A stretch of DNA of 64,000 bases from Eledone cirrhosa (GCA_964016885.1 OZ024742.1:335358001-335422000), one strand, 5' to 3'; positions 12,671 through 28,495 are shown, counted from the stretch's first letter. Numbers and translations: made by a program. Notes: a model not told the origin generated them from the letters alone.

Positions 12671-12975
12671 AAAAAGGAAATAATAATTTTATGAGAGAAG
12701 AGGGCGGATAAAAAAGAAATTTTTTTTGAAATACTGACATAACATTGAATAAAATATGTTTTTTTGAAAAGAAAATGGGAAATGGAAAATTAAAACATGT
12801 CGGAAGTCAGTTTTAAGAATTAGGAAATGAGGTGTGGGGGGGGGTAAGAAGTTTGCTTCGCAAGAACGTAGTTTCGAGTTCAGTTCCACTGTGTGGTACT
12901 GCAAGCATATATCTGTTACTGTATTTTCGGGTTGACCACTGCTTAGTGAGTGAAATTTGGTAGCCGGACATTTGA

Positions 12976-13009
<34 letters not shown>

Positions 13010-13017
13010 TTTTCTTC

Positions 13018-13236
13018 ACCGTATTTTTTTACTAAAGAAATTTTAGTCTGATAATGGGGTTTAGAACCCTCAGATAAATGGAAAAAGATGAGTATTGACG
13101 TCAATACTCATCTTTTTCCATTTATCTGAGGGTTCTAAACACCATTATAAGACTAAAATTTCTTTAGTCAAAAAATACGGTAAAAGCTATTCTATTTTCT
13201 AATTTCAAACCTGCTCACTGTTTCAAAACATATTTA

Positions 13237-13240
<4 letters not shown>
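13018..13240 (+). mobile_element. Second copy of the tRNA-linked fold-back family, spacerless hairpin
   Basis: Near-perfect palindrome centred on GAC|GTC at 13099/13100. Arms are homologous to 9967-10263, with the same 3' tail and then (TA)n. Confidence 0.85.
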
Positions 13241-13319
<79 letters not shown>

Positions 13320-13453
13320 AAATGTGTGAGATCCTTGGTACAGTTAGGTATATTTGAAAAAAAGGAAAAAAATGACTTCACTTGTAGTGTTAACAAAATT
13401 TTTGATTTAATTTTATATTATAAAATTATGAGTTGGTAGATCCAGTCTATACA

Positions 13454-13537
<84 letters not shown>

Positions 13538-13573
13538 CATGTATATATATATACATGTAATATATATGACTTG

Positions 13574-13629
<56 letters not shown>

Positions 13630-13709
13630 ACATGTAATATATATGACTTGTAATATATATATATATATATATACATGTAATATATATGACATGTAATATA
13701 TACATATGA

Positions 13710-13977
13710 CTTTCCAGGGATAACTTGAACCGTTAAGGTATATTATCCTTGGTTATGTCAAATTTTTATAAAACATTTTGTATTTTATCTGATGATAGCG
13801 TACCATAATTTTGGTACCCTTGAAATATAAATAAAAGAATAAATATGGTTTTATAAATATAGTTTCCATTTATGTAATATCATTGTATATTATACTCCAG
13901 ATTACTTGTTGAGTGCTCTGAATCAGTTATAAATATTTATATTTGTTGAATTACCAACAAATTGAATATCCCTTCTG

Positions 13978-13980
<3 letters not shown>
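13710..13980 (+). mobile_element. Solo PLE-like terminal repeat with decayed HHR (13783-13836)
   Basis: Homologous to ~19990-20260. UUUUAU-CUGAUGA...GUACCA/UGGUAC...GAAA with stem III partly deleted; ends in (TA)n. Confidence 0.7.
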
Positions 13981-14014
<34 letters not shown>

Positions 14015-14207
14015 GTGAGGTTTTTTTTACAAAATGAAAAATAACCGAGGTGTCCTACACGAGTGAAACTATAAAGAAAAAAAGATGAAATCGAAAATGC
14101 AACTGGAGTCTTATTTTTTTTTTAAATATATATATTTATTTGGTTCCTTTACCGGTTTCGCAGTTCTTCTGCTTTTCAAAAGTAGAGTTGAGATGGAGGG
14201 TCTGTGG

Positions 14208-14295
<88 letters not shown>

Positions 14296-14423
14296 CATGT
14301 ATGTATATATATATAAGAAGCAAAGAAAATTTCAATGATGCGAAAGATTTCCTGGTGGAAGTTCAGGTGCACTCCGGCTTGATATCCAGTTTCGGGGTGA
14401 AAATCCAATTAGAAAATCCAACG

Positions 14424-14470
<47 letters not shown>

Positions 14471-14471
<1 letters not shown>

Positions 14472-16470
14472 TAGCAGAAGTGCCCGGCGTTGCTCGGAGT
14501 TTAATTGCTTTAAAGTACTTTTAATGATTCCACTCAATTATGATTATTGAGGCATTGAAAGTAAATACGGGTAAGTTTGAAAATATACAACAATAGCATC
14601 TACTCACCATATGTCAGACCGGCAAGACTGCAGTGGTGCTGAAAAGGCGAGTCACAACACCTCTATGTAGACCACATTTTTTTGTTCTGCCTTTGGGCGC
14701 AAGTATGAATAAGTTCTGCTTGCGTCCCACTCTTGAGCATGCGACGTATAATTGGCCGAGTGAGAAGCACGGCTGGGCTAAATGGAGGCCTGCCGTTGAT
14801 AGCGTTTGGTCTTGGGACTTGTTGATTGACATCGCGAAGCAAAGTTTAACGGGGAATTGAAGTCGGCGCAGAGTACAGGGGTATTCCGTACCTGATGGAG
14901 TTAATGGTATTCTGGGTATGAAGACGTTTTCTCCAGCGCCGCAGCCCGTGAGAATTGTGGCTTCAATTACATGCGGCGGGAGGTTTCTTACCACTAACCG
15001 TGTTCCGTTGCAGAGACGTGGTGGTTCCAGGTTCCTCAACAGCATCACTGGAGTCCCAACTTTTACGCGCAGTTCATGAGGTGGCAGTCCAGAGAGGTCC
15101 AAGGAATTGAGGACTTCTGTGGGAAAATCGTCAACCTCATCTTTGTCCACAACTCTGTCTACAGATTTGTAGGTACGGAGGTTTCCAGGAATGCGTTGCA
15201 GAAGATCCTCATTGACTTTTGCAACGGAGACATTTTGGGGAGCCAATATGGCTCTATCGCATAGCCAACTCGTGTTTTTGTAGTTGATGGCCATATCGGG
15301 AAAGACAGAGGCTGTGAGGTCGTCAACAGTGTCTACAACGGTGCCTACTCGCGAGACTGCCATTTCTCCAGCTGCATCTGAAGGTGAAATGCCGTCACCA
15401 ACTGTTAAGAGGTCCTTTGAGAAGTCGGCTGATGAGTGGTCGCCGAGCAGTTGGGCTCTCATGTTTGTTGTGAGGGTCAGAATTGTCACTTCCTGCCACA
15501 GGAGAGATGACGTAATGCAAGCCCCCACAGTGTCGGCCCTGGTGGCTTTTGGAACAACTGGAAAAGTTTGTCGAAAATTGCCAGACAGCAGTAGAGGTAC
15601 TCCTCCCATCGGTCGGTTGCATTCCCTGATATCTCGAAGGGGCCTGTATAACGCCTCAAGGGACCCTTTATGGGCCATTGTGCATTCGTCCCAGACAATT
15701 AGGTGGCATCTTTTCAAGACTTCCGCTTTGTCAGAGTCCTTGGTGATGTTGCAGGTTATTGTGTCGTCTGAAGTCGTGTTGAATGGTAGTTTAAATGCGG
15801 AATGAGCTGTCCTACCTCCCGGCAGCAGAGTTGCGGAAATGTCAGGAGAAGCCACAGCCAGGGCGATTCCTTTCTGCTGTCGCACTTTGGCGAGGAGGAG
15901 TTTATTGACGAATATTTTACCAGTTCTTTCTGGGGCGTCTAAAAAGAAGATACCTCCTGTGCGTTGACGAATGGAAGTGCAAACTGTCATACGCCCGCCG
16001 TTGGTCCTGCAACAATTTCGGCTCGTTTTCGTTGGTGAACAGTTCGACGGCGTCGACGTCGTAGGCAGTTTCCTGAATTATGCCCGTCGGAAGTTTGTCC
16101 GAACCCGTTCGCTGAACTTTTGGCAGTCCATAGAATGGAAGGTCATTTCCGCCGGCAGTTAGGATTTTGTCCTCGATGACAATGAGAGCTTCGTTGAAGA
16201 ATTCGTCGCTGAGTCGTATGTCGGAATGAGGGAGTAGCAGTTGTCCTTGGTGTATGTAGTCATCGGAAAGGTCCTCTTTGTATTTCTCCCATAAGGATAC
16301 AAGGTCGCTTAAATCGCATGTCTGCAGTAGCACCGCAAAGAGTTGCCGAAGAGTTCGCGCTGAGCGTATTGTAGCTGCCTCAACCAATGTCGCATCCCAC
16401 TGAGCGCCATCTTCCAGTAGACTCCGTCTAAGAAAGGCTGCGCGGAATGAAGTACAAAGTTCTCCGTTTA
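14471..16470 (-). mobile_element. Helitron 3' fragment: PIF1-like helicase with intact 3' terminus; pseudogenised
   Basis: ORFs 15917-16387 and 14614-15990 (frameshifted) show a decayed Walker A (DAPERTGK), GRTAHS, WDECTM, LLRNL....LCNGTRL, QFPVKLCFAMSINKSQ and GQLYVACSRV. The minus strand ends hairpin CCGAGCAACGCCGGG...CTAG|T. Confidence 0.93.
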
Positions 16471-16549
16471 GCCATAATAAATGAATAGTTAAACTCTACC
16501 TTGGTATTGAGTACTCATTCTCACGTCCATCCGTCATACACGTATATAG

Positions 16550-16638
<89 letters not shown>

Positions 16639-16780
16639 CCAGCAAAGAGCAGGGTAAAGGAGCACTCTCTTGACAACGACTACATATATATATATATATG
16701 CATATATACATTTAGATTTGTTGGTTCACCACTGGATAGAACTGGTTATTCCGTATATTCCACCATTGGATAAATTTCGT

Positions 16781-16840
16781 AACACCTGATGATGTCACCG
16801 GGTTCCTGCAGAACCCTGTCATTGAAATGTGCATAGTGTT
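16781..16840 (+). ncRNA. Type I hammerhead ribozyme motif in a TA-embedded fragment (~16710-16895)
   Basis: AACAC-CUGAUGA-UGUCACCGGGUUC CUGCA GAACCCUGUCAUU-GAAAU GUGC AUA-GUGUU. Confidence 0.75.
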
Positions 16841-16908
16841 TATAATAAATCTTTAAGGAATTTCACCAGTCCAGCCTCCTGTGATTTAACTCAATAATAT
16901 ATATATAT

Positions 16909-16964
<56 letters not shown>

Positions 16965-17001
16965 ATGTGTGTATACATATATATATGTATATATATATGT
17001 G

Positions 17002-17075
<74 letters not shown>

Positions 17076-17118
17076 ACAATATATTAATAAATTGAAACAA
17101 TATTTATAAAACCATATT

Positions 17119-17184
17119 TATTTTATTATACATATTTCATGGGCAACCAAGGCAAAATATGGTGCGCTTTCATCAGATAATATA
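17119..17184 (-). ncRNA. HHR motif in the left arm
   Basis: UAUAUUAU-CUGAUGA...GAAAU AUGU AUA-AUAAAAUA; stem II irregular. Confidence 0.6.
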
Positions 17185-19499
17185 CAGATTCGTTTTATAA
17201 ATAAATATTGACATACCCGGAAAAATACAACCTTAACGGTTGGAGCTTCTTGGATAGTGGAGATAATATTTTATTGAGGATAATAAAAAGTTATGAGTGA
17301 GTATGCAAATGAGTGTCCGAAAGGTTGAAAAGATAACGGTTTATTTAAATTAAACTGTTGGAAGAAGATGATGTGTAAGGGAGAGAGAAAAAAAGAAAAA
17401 AAGAAAAAAAGAAAGCAGAAAGAGAGAAGAGGAAAGAAAGAACGATTATACATATTGATAGTGAAGATAGAGTGAATGAAGAAATAAGTTTCAATGGAGA
17501 AATATACACAGCGTAAATATATCTAAGTGAAAGAAGAAGTGAAAGAAGAAATAAGATTAATGTGGAAGAATAATATTTATAATGTAGGGTTCATTACGTT
17601 GTGAATATAATATTTATAATGATAGGTTGAAAAATTAGATTAAAATAAAAAATTAGAAATCAAAATTAAAGATTAAAATTTGCCTTAATATTAAAGATTT
17701 AATTTAATAATTTAATATTAATATTAAAAATTAAAAATTAAAAATTAAAAATTAAAAATTAAAAATTAAAAATTAAAAATTAAAATTAAAATTAAAATTA
17801 AAATTAAAATTAAAACAGAATTATTTATATTATATTAAGATGTATTAGTAATAATATATTGGTTTAGATGTGTATGTTACGGATTATAAATTATTTAAAT
17901 AAATATATAGTATTTTACATTAGAGAAAATCTAGTATAGCTTATTTTATTAAAGTAAGTTTGGCAAAATTATATTTATTAATAGTTGTAAGTCAAAATTT
18001 AAACATCCAAATAATTCTAAATTTATGAAAAATTTACGAGAGTTTACAAAGGACTACTTAATTATATAATAAAAACAGTAAGGAAGTGTAAAGGAAGTTA
18101 GAAGTGATTTTTTAAGATCTCAAATGACTCCAAGGATTAAATGTTATAAAGTTAAAAATGTTATCTTAAGAATATAATTAAAACATAAACCACATATTAT
18201 TTTATACGAAGTCATAAATTTATCTTAAGAATATAATTAAAACATAAACCATAGGTTATTTTATAAGAAGTCATACTTTTATAAGAAGTCATTCATAATC
18301 CAAGAATATTAACTATTCTTTATTTTGGAAAATTATCTCCAAAGCTCCTTCATACACTGCTCAATCCAAAAATTGCTCACTTTCCGTTGAAGAAATATTC
18401 TTTATACTAAAAAGTAAGAACTCTATTAATTTGCGAAATAATTTATTTAGTTCTTGTAAACATCGTTTAAACTCAACTTTTAAATATATATATAAAATGT
18501 AATATATGGTTAATCTCCTTTATATAATGTTTTCTATATCTATATATGATTCATATATATTTAATTTACTTTCTGTTATATGTAATTTACATTATTACAC
18601 CTATCAATAGATTATAAACTTTTTTTATATGACTACTTGAAATTCTTTTAAGAAAAACTTTTCTTGAAAAACTTACGGAAGGTTTTAGAAAATTCTTTGA
18701 AAGATATAGAAAAACCACTATTTCCATATCTTCCAATATTTTTATATCTTCAAACGTTTTTAATATATGTATCCAAATATTTATATATATGTGGAATAAC
18801 AAATGACTTTTATATATAGGTTTTTTATATATATGTGGAATAACCTATGGTTTATGTTTTAACTATATTCTTAAGATAAATTTTTTAACTTTATAACAAG
18901 TATGACTTATTATAAAATAACCTATGGGTTATGTTTTAATTATATTCTTAAGATAAATTTATGACTTCGTATGAAATAAAATATGGTTTATGTTTTAATT
19001 ATATTCTTAAGATAAAATGTTTAACTTTATAACATTTAATCCTTGGAGTCATTTGAGATCTTAAAAAATCACTTCTAACTTCCTTTACACTTCCTTACTG
19101 TTTTTATTATATAGTAGTTATTCCTTTATAAACTCTCGTAAATTTTTCATAAATTTAGAATTATTTGGATGTTTAAATTTTGACTTACAACTATTAATAA
19201 ATATAATTTTGCCAAACTTACTTTAATAAAATAAACTATACTAGATTTTCTCTAATGTAAAATATTATATATTTATTTAAATAATTTATAATCCTTAACA
19301 TACACATCTAAGCCAATATATTATTAATATATTATAAATACTTGTTTTAATTTTAATTTTAATTTTAATTTTTTTTTTTTATATTAATATTAAATTATTA
19401 AATTAAATCTTTAATATTAAGGCAAATTTTAATCTTTAATTTTGATTTCTAATTTTTAATTTTAATCTAATTTTTCAATCTATCATTATAAGTATTATA

Positions 19500-19640
19500 T
19501 AGAGTTACGGCCCTTACCATTCTGAGTTCAAATCCCGCCAAGGTTAACTTTGTCTTTCATCCTTACGGGATCGATAAAATAAAGTACCAGTAATGCACTG
19601 AGTAATAGCTGGCCTTGTGCCTAACGTAGAAACAATTATA
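19500..19640 (+). mobile_element. 5'-truncated SINE inserted in the right arm only, with target-site duplication
   Basis: SINE consensus flanked by ATTATAAGTATTATA on both sides; absent from the left arm. Confidence 0.9.
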
Positions 19641-20062
19641 AGTATTATAATCAAAACGTAATGAACCTACATTATAAATATTATTCTTCCACGTTAATCT
19701 TATTTCTTCTTTCACTTCTTCTTTCACTTAGATATATTTACGCTGTGTATATTTCTCCATTGAAACTTATTTCTTCATTCACTCTATCTTCACTATCAAT
19801 ATGTATAATCGTTCTTTCTTTCCTCTTCTCTCTTTCTGCTTTCTTTTTTTCTTTTTTTCTCTCTCCCTTACATATCATCTTCTTCCAACAGTTTAATTTA
19901 AATAAACCGTTATCTTTTCAACCTTTCGGACACTCATTTGCATACTCACTCATAACTTTTTATTATCCTCAATAAAATATTATCTCCACTATCCAGGAAG
20001 CTCCAACCGTTAAGGTTGTCTTTTTTCCGGGTATGTCAATATTTATTTATAAAACAAATCTG

Positions 20063-20127
20063 TATTTTATCTGATGAAAGCGCACCATAATTTGGCTTGG
20101 CTGCCATGAAATATGTATAATAAAATA
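20063..20127 (+). ncRNA. HHR motif in the right arm
   Basis: UAUUUUAU-CUGAUGA...GAAAU AUGU AUA-AUAAAAUA; 8-bp stem I, irregular stem II. Confidence 0.65.
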
Positions 20128-20259
20128 AATATGGTTTTATAAATATAGTTTCCATTTATTAATATATTGTGTATTTACTCCACTACTTTGTTGAGTGCTT
20201 TATATCAGTTGTAAAAAATGTTTAAGCTTGTTGAATCCCAACAAATTAAATATAACCTC

Positions 20260-20388
<129 letters not shown>

Positions 20389-20639
20389 GAGCGGAGTGTA
20401 TACCCTTAATGTAATTCTCGAAGTTATTCAGTATGACATGGTGTTTGACAATTACGGGTACAATCCATCTGATAGCCTTCTAAACAGTTCCCGTCTCCCC
20501 ATATTCAGTCACAAAGCCTGGCCCGACCTGAACCAGTGGTAAATGTCACTTTCCTAAGATTCCAAGTCGTGTGTTTGAATTCAGAACCAAATGATTATCA
20601 AGCTAACTTCTTAACCATTTGGTCATACTGCGTCTACAG

Positions 20640-21958
20640 CACATTCACACAGACACACATATACGCACACATACACACATATACATACATACATATATAC
20701 ACACATATACACACACAAACACACACATACACACATATACACGCATACAACAGACACATACACACATACACACATATACATACACACGCATACATACATA
20801 CACATACATACATACACATCTATACATACATACACACACACACATACACACGCATACATACATACACACGCATACATACTTACACATACATACACACGCA
20901 TATATACATACACATACATACATACACATACATACACATACACACATACACACACATACACACACACGTACACACACATAGACACATAAGCACATACACA
21001 CATTCACACATACACACATACATACGGACCTACATACATACACACTCACACACATACATGCATACACACATACATACACATACACACACTCATATATACG
21101 CTCACACATGATTTTATTGATTACCTCTAAAGATTAACTTCAATGACATCACACACACCACCACCGTCACCACCACCATCACCACCACTACCACCACCAT
21201 CACCCACCCACACACACACCTTCAGCACCGCCGTCACCATCACCACCACTACCACCACCGACACCACCACCATCACCCACCCACACACACACCTTCAGCA
21301 CCGCCGTCACCATCACCACCACTACCACCACCGACACCACCACCATCACCACCACCGTCACCACAACTACCACCACCATCACCACCATTACCACCACCAT
21401 CACCACCACCACCACTACCACCACCACTACCACCACTACCACCACCATTACCACCACCATCATCACCACCATCACCACCATCATCACCACCATCACCACC
21501 ACTATCACCACCACCATCACCACCACTACCACCACCATCACCACCACCATCACCACCACTGCCACTACCACCACCATCACCACCACCACCACCACCATCA
21601 CCACCATCATCACCACCACCACCACCACCGCCTGTCCAGTGATTCTGTCACCATCATCACCACTACTACGATCACCTCTACTGCCACCACTACTACGACT
21701 ACCAACCCCACCAACACCATCACCACCATCACCAACGCCACCCAAACACCATCACCACCTCATCACATCCATAGCCGCCTTAACCACTACCACCACCAAA
21801 ACCACTACAAGGAACACCGCCATCACCACCACACATACCAAGCACCACCATCACCACCAACACCAATCCACTAACACACCACCAACAACATCTACACCAC
21901 TTACACCAGCACCACCACCACCGCCTCCACCACCACCACCACCACTACCGCCTCCACC

Positions 21959-21989
<31 letters not shown>

Positions 21990-22210
21990 CCAACAACAAC
22001 AACATCACCTCCAACACCACCAACATCACCACCACAACCACCACAACCACCACCACCACAACCACCACCACCACCACCCTAACACCACCGCCTCAAGACC
22101 ACTACCAACACCACCACCTCCAACACCAACACCACCACTACCACCACCACCTCCAACACCACCACCACCACCACCTCCAACACCACCAACACCACCACCA
22201 CCTCCAACAG
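20640..22210. repeat. Degenerate (CATA/CA)n and (CAC/CCA)n microsatellite field
   Basis: Direct inspection. Confidence 0.95.
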
Positions 22211-22354
22211 TGGTCCTGCGTTGGCCATCAACCAATTGTTAGTTCCTTCATCTACCCTTGGCTCACTACCAAATATATGTCAACATTGGCAGAGCTTTTC
22301 TTAACTAACGTTTGACCGTTGGTGTCACACAGCTGTCATTGACACGTCATTTAT

Positions 22355-22423
<69 letters not shown>

Positions 22424-22591
22424 ATTCTATTATTTTCGGCGCGTTTTCTAGAACACGTTTGTGCTTTCTTTTTAGATGTTTTTCCCATCCTATGCTGTCA
22501 TTATAACAAATTTGAATTCTACATATATATCTTTTGTGTGTATCAGTATGAAACTGCTTAGCTCTATATTATCTGTGCATATTACCGATGC

Positions 22592-22671
<80 letters not shown>

Positions 22672-22744
22672 CACTCTATCTCTCTCCAAACAAATATATA
22701 TAAATATATATATATATATATCAATAAATATATATATATATTGA

Positions 22745-22878
<134 letters not shown>

Positions 22879-23655
22879 TACGTATACACGCACACATGTG
22901 TGTGTATTTGGTGTATACGTTCGGATGTGTGCGGGTATATGTGTCGCGCCGGGTTTAAGTACGTGTGCGCGTGTTAATGTGTATGTGCGTGCGTTTTCGC
23001 GTATGCACGTGTATCTACGTATATAGATGTCTGAATGCATATATATAATTGTATAAAACTTAAATATTATTACTTTTAATAACCTCAGTCATTTTAACAA
23101 CTTTATTTACATTATTTTTAACTCCGTACCTGAGAATCATTCGGTTTCCTCAATAGAATATTAGTCTAATGACTCCATTTATACCATAAACGTGGTTTTG
23201 TCTTTGCGTGTAATTGCTCTCACCGATCCACATGACGACGTATTATCTTCGCTTTTTTCTGTTCATTGCCAGGGAACGTCTTCCTATTTTCCTTCGGTTC
23301 TAACGTTTATCGAAATATTTACTTCTACGTCCACAGATTGATTTTTTTTTTTAGTTTCAGAAGATCCCGTTAAGGGTGAAAGCAGCGATTCTTTGCTTAA
23401 ACTTTAATCTGTTATTTTAATAAATAAATATATATATATATATAAATATATAGGGGGGATAACTACCCAGGGGCGACTGAGTTACCCGACGCCTCGAGGG
23501 TACCCAGGGAGGGCACTTCTCTCCCCTTCAAATTAACCAGCCCACAGGCTCATACACACCACATGACAAAAGAAAACCTTTATATCCAGCTATTTTCACA
23601 AAACCCTGAAAATAATGTTTGACTCAACAGAACTCCATCTAAATGCACACACACA

Positions 23656-23734
<79 letters not shown>

Positions 23735-24149
23735 CAGAGAACAAAATACCACCCGGACAATTATTATGAATAAAGAAGGAATTTAAACCAAGAGAATTTT
23801 CTAGTGAGTCAATTGAATCTTGATCGGTTAAACCCCCCACTTCGACCACCACCAGCCCACCTTTATATAAAACATATATATAAGAAGAAATGTTGACAGA
23901 AAATTCACATATGTTCTATTACCCACAGAATATGAGGACAAACTTGTTTAATTTTTGCTAAGATTGACATAGCAATCGAAATCAGCAATATTTGATAAAA
24001 CTTAAGTCTACTTTATGTAACAATTATAAATTAGAAAAAAAATCTTTAAATATACACCTGTGTTTTTTGTTTTTATTTATTTTATTTTTTTCTCTTTTAC
24101 TTTTTACCTAAAATCTTTACCCCTTTTTTCAACACTAACTATATGTATG

Positions 24150-24231
<82 letters not shown>

Positions 24232-25995
24232 GTTAAAGAATGTAGAGTAACATGGTTGGCTGTACAATAAGGGCTTTATTTAAAGTACTGACAATTGTTT
24301 CGTTGATCAAGTGAGTCTAGAGTTCGCTAATCGCCTGAGGTTACGTCATTCGATCTCCAATACATTATTTACCTCTGGTCAACACATCAGAGTACGTAGA
24401 TATGAAAGTAATTCACTCGAGGCAAGACTTATATAGAAAAATAGCGTATAATCAAAACAATAACATCAATAATAAAATACCGTATAATTAAAACAATAAC
24501 ATCACTAATAAAATATGTATGGTAAATAGGTAGAGAAGTTACAGATGTAAAAAGTAAAAAGTAAAATATAAGATAGGGTACATTAAAAAATAAGATAATG
24601 AGAAAATGGAAAATATAAAGAAAGAAATAAGTGACAGCGTGTAAGTACATAGTAGTAGTTTTTGAGTAAGTGTTCTTATAAGGATTCGTTGGTGGGTTTA
24701 GTTCTAACATGAGAAACCAGATTCAAGATGTACATAGATACGTGTAGAGGGACCGATAAAAGAAAAGACAATAAATTAGAGATTAATTGGTAGATACATG
24801 TAAGATATTTATGGGCTAGGGATGACGGGACATTTGATAAACGATTGTTGTAAATATTTTGCTTATTGTTCTATCTTAATGGGGTTGATGCTGTTTCAGG
24901 AAGAGAGGGTGAAAGAGATGGTCAGAGATTTATGATCCAGTGACCCGTTGGCCGTTTGATAGCTAATAGTAGTGCGATGATGTGTGTTCTATATGTTCAA
25001 ATCTAGGTGGTTCAGTACTAATTTTGGGATTGCTGGTTCAAATCATGGTGGTTTGAAGTTTATGAATCTAGTAGCTATTTTATGCCTACAGAAAATTGAT
25101 CTTTCTATTTTTCTGTTAAGCAGTATCCCATCGTACCTTAAAATATGTAGTAGTTCTAAATTACAAAGCCCGCAGTGGGACATTACGTTGGTGTAGGCTT
25201 TAGCTACCTATAATTTTGACCAGCTAATCTTATATTCTAGGTTTTTGTCCTTAAGCTGCCAGATTTTATTGGCGAGCGTCGTAGAGTTCTCCAGTGCACA
25301 GTTCTTCATTGAGTGTCTGTGGACGTACCACCTTTTCTTGAACTCCCCAGCTGTGGAACCTATGGAGTGCCAAGTAGAGTTGCCTGAATTTACAGTACAC
25401 AGGTATACCATACTCGAATCCAGGCATCTATTCCGTAGTGGGCACTTATCCGGTAGGTGGCAATTACAATTTGAGGTTTTATTTTGTGCAGGTTCATCGT
25501 TGCGGTTTTGTAAGTTGTGGGTGGGTTGTGATTTAGGCCTATTAATGTTTCGTTGTAATGTTTTCTGATGCGTTTGTGGTTGTGATATTGTTATGTGTTT
25601 GAGTTTTGTATTTGGTGCTATGGTGCGTGTTGGTAGGTTAATTTCTTTAGAGATATTTTTGTGGTTGATCTTACGTATGTGCGATTCTATGTTGGCTGCA
25701 GTAGAGTAGGAAAGTTTTATAGTTCTTCTATTGAAGATTTTATGGTATTTGTGTAGTGTAGGGAAGTGTGTAGTGTAGGGAAGTGCTATTAGTTTAAAGA
25801 ATGTAGAAGGTAGTTTAGTTTTTATAGAGGAGTTGAATATATAGGTACTTTCTATCTCTGGATCTTCTATAGTTTTTGGAGGTCCTTATATTAGTGTTCT
25901 TTTCGGTTATTATCGGTTATTAGTCCTATGTTTGTTATTTCTATATGAGCAGGTAGTGTTGTGGAACAGGTAGTGTTGTACATACTGGAATACAT
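24232..25995 (-). mobile_element. Penelope-like element, 5'-truncated and degenerate (linker, GIY-YIG endonuclease, 3' UTR)
   Basis: Minus strand HFP..HKYHKIFNRRTIKLSYS, CNCHLPDKCPL..RC, and VYLCTV...IGST..EFKKRWY.H. Homologous to the ORF at 50484-51660; both ends abut (TA)n. Confidence 0.9.
24285..24395 (-). ncRNA. HHR motif with long stem II insert; A9 mutated
   Basis: GUACU-CUGAUGU-GUUGA...~75 nt...UCAAC-GAAAC AAUU GUC-AGUAC. Confidence 0.7.
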
Positions 25996-26010
25996 TATAG
26001 ATAGATATAG

Positions 26011-26051
<41 letters not shown>

Positions 26052-26052
26052 T

Positions 26053-26118
<66 letters not shown>

Positions 26119-26190
26119 AAGACAGACCACATTGAAAAAAAAAATATGTATATACATATATATATGCATATATACATAGAGAGAGAGGTG

Positions 26191-26307
<117 letters not shown>

Positions 26308-26399
26308 CATGAATACACCAATTTCGCAATTGAAGGATTAATATTTATTATGTAACTGACAAGTTTTTAATTACTATGGCATTGAACACATCTAGAACC

Positions 26400-26930
26400 G
26401 CTGATCTGGTGTACAATTTCGGAAAATTAGAAATTGTACTGTCACTATGTTAACACCAGAACCTGTTGACATAAACTCAGGTTTTGAGTCATTGCAGCAG
26501 AGTCCAACTTGGGCAGCAGTTGATTCCAACACATGAAGGTGCGATTGGGCATTTGCTACTGAGTTTGAGGGAAGAGCTAAATTATCAGGCTAGATCGGTG
26601 ACAAATTCAGCTAGATATATTCTGCTTTTTCTCGCTTCAAGCATTAGCCCTTTCGTCTTATGAAATACGTATGGTGTAGTTCAGAACAATTATAAAGAGA
26701 AAAGGTGCTAGAGTGTACTCTTGAAGAACCCCAGCCACAAACTCCATCTGGAGTTATGACTCGTGATTCCGTGCTGGTATATAATGCTTTTATTGCTTTA
26801 ACTATCTTCTCTGGAATGCCATAAGGTGGCAGCATGTCAAACATTACCTCTCGGTTGATTGAGATGAACATTTTCATAAAGTCCACAAGAATTATGGACT
26901 TTTTATAACTATAGTGATAATAGGTATTCA
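26400..26930 (-). mobile_element. Degenerate RTE-like reverse transcriptase fragment
   Basis: LVDF.K.F.SINRE.MF..L..YGIPEKIVKAIKALY..TESRVITPDG. Confidence 0.75.
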
Positions 26931-27452
26931 TGTACAGGGAATGTTTCTACAATTTGCAATAAATATAGATGTTGTTATATATACATCAGATCCGAATACA
27001 AAGGAACCAAACTCCCACTGTCACTGCCTCCGTCTCTCCTGCTCTCCGGCTAGCCTCTTCCTCGCACTTTCACTCGCTCACTCTCTGCTACTCACCCTCT
27101 CTCTCACTTCCACCATCGTCCCACACTGTACGCGGTCTTTCTTCTCGCTCACACCCGTACGGTTAAGATGTGTCTTTGTTCTTATCGTCAAAATTCGCCC
27201 CTTCTTATGTTCGAAATGAATTATTGACTTGATTTTTTCATTTTTTCCTCTCTTTACGTTGCCTCGCCATTCGTGTCTGTTCACATGTCTTTCTCTTTCT
27301 CCACCCAACTCTTTTTATCCCAATAACTTATTTTAGTTCTTGTATCGCCCTAGGCGGAGGTATATTGTCTGTAATGCGAAGAAATACCTATGATGACTAG
27401 TAGACAACTGATGATGGATATTCCTAACTTCTATTTCTAATTCTTCATTTAT

Positions 27453-27541
<89 letters not shown>

Positions 27542-27589
27542 ATATTTATATGACAGAGAGATGGACAGACAGACAGATAGACAGATAAA

Positions 27590-28268
27590 TTTCTTTATTA
27601 GCCACAAGGGCACAAAAGAAGGGGATAAATACAAAGGGGGAAGTTTACATACAATAAAAACGTGTAAAATACTATCACAAATGTAATTAAAAATTAATCG
27701 ATTTTCCCCAATAGGGGGAGACATTACATATGGGTAACACATACCCCCGAAAAAATGTGCAAGCCTCATCTCCAGGAGTACGAAGAGTGAGTACCTCTTT
27801 GCTCTCTTCCTCTTTTTCCTCAACCTACAGGCTGATATAGAGAGAAGGCCCATTCACTCGGGCCATTCTTGCCACTTTCACCCACCTTTCATAAAACTTG
27901 CTGGGGTACAGCACCTCTCTCTCCATCCTGATTCTTCTTCCAAAGTGGTATTTGAAAAAAAGAATCAGTTGTTGGCCGGAGAGAAAGGTGTCTGACCTCA
28001 GCCATTTTAACCTCGTCCACCATACAACCTCTTTCGCCATAGCTATCACACAAAGGAAAACCGCCTCTCCTTCGTTTTTGAAGGAGGGTGGCGATTTGAT
28101 CATGACAATGGACTCGGTGGTCAACCGGGTTGGTCCTACCCGCGACAATAGTCGTTCTACATAGCCCCACAGGTCGGTAACGCCCGGGCAGTGTACAAAT
28201 GCGTGCGCGACGGTTTCTTCGTCTCGCACGCATCTCGGACAGATCTTTTTCGAAGGGTCCCTGCCCAG
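27590..28268 (-). mobile_element. 5'-truncated Tx1-clade LINE, same family as 1-1341
   Basis: ORF 27825-28229 is highly similar to the C-terminus of copy 1. It is flanked by (TAGA)n at 28269-28350 and (CAGA/TAGA)n at ~27565-27587. Confidence 0.92.
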
Positions 28269-28279
28269 TAGATAGATAA

Positions 28280-28352
<73 letters not shown>

Positions 28353-28495
28353 TTTACATGATACTTTTTATATTATATTATATTTCATTCGTAATTTGTA
28401 ATTTTTCATATTACGCGACACCTTTTGACTACCGACTTCTTTAATTAATTATTTTCAACTATTTATTTATATTTATTATTTCATATTATAATTAT

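Noticed and set aside
14145-14185. HHR-like motif on the minus strand (GCAG-AAGAA-CUGC-GAAACCGGUA)
   Set aside because: The core reads UUGAAAA rather than CUGANGA. Probably a decayed copy, so not counted.
23353-23395. HHR-like CAGAAGA-UCCC GUUAA GGGU-GAAAG
   Set aside because: Core mutated, and stems I and III cannot be formed.
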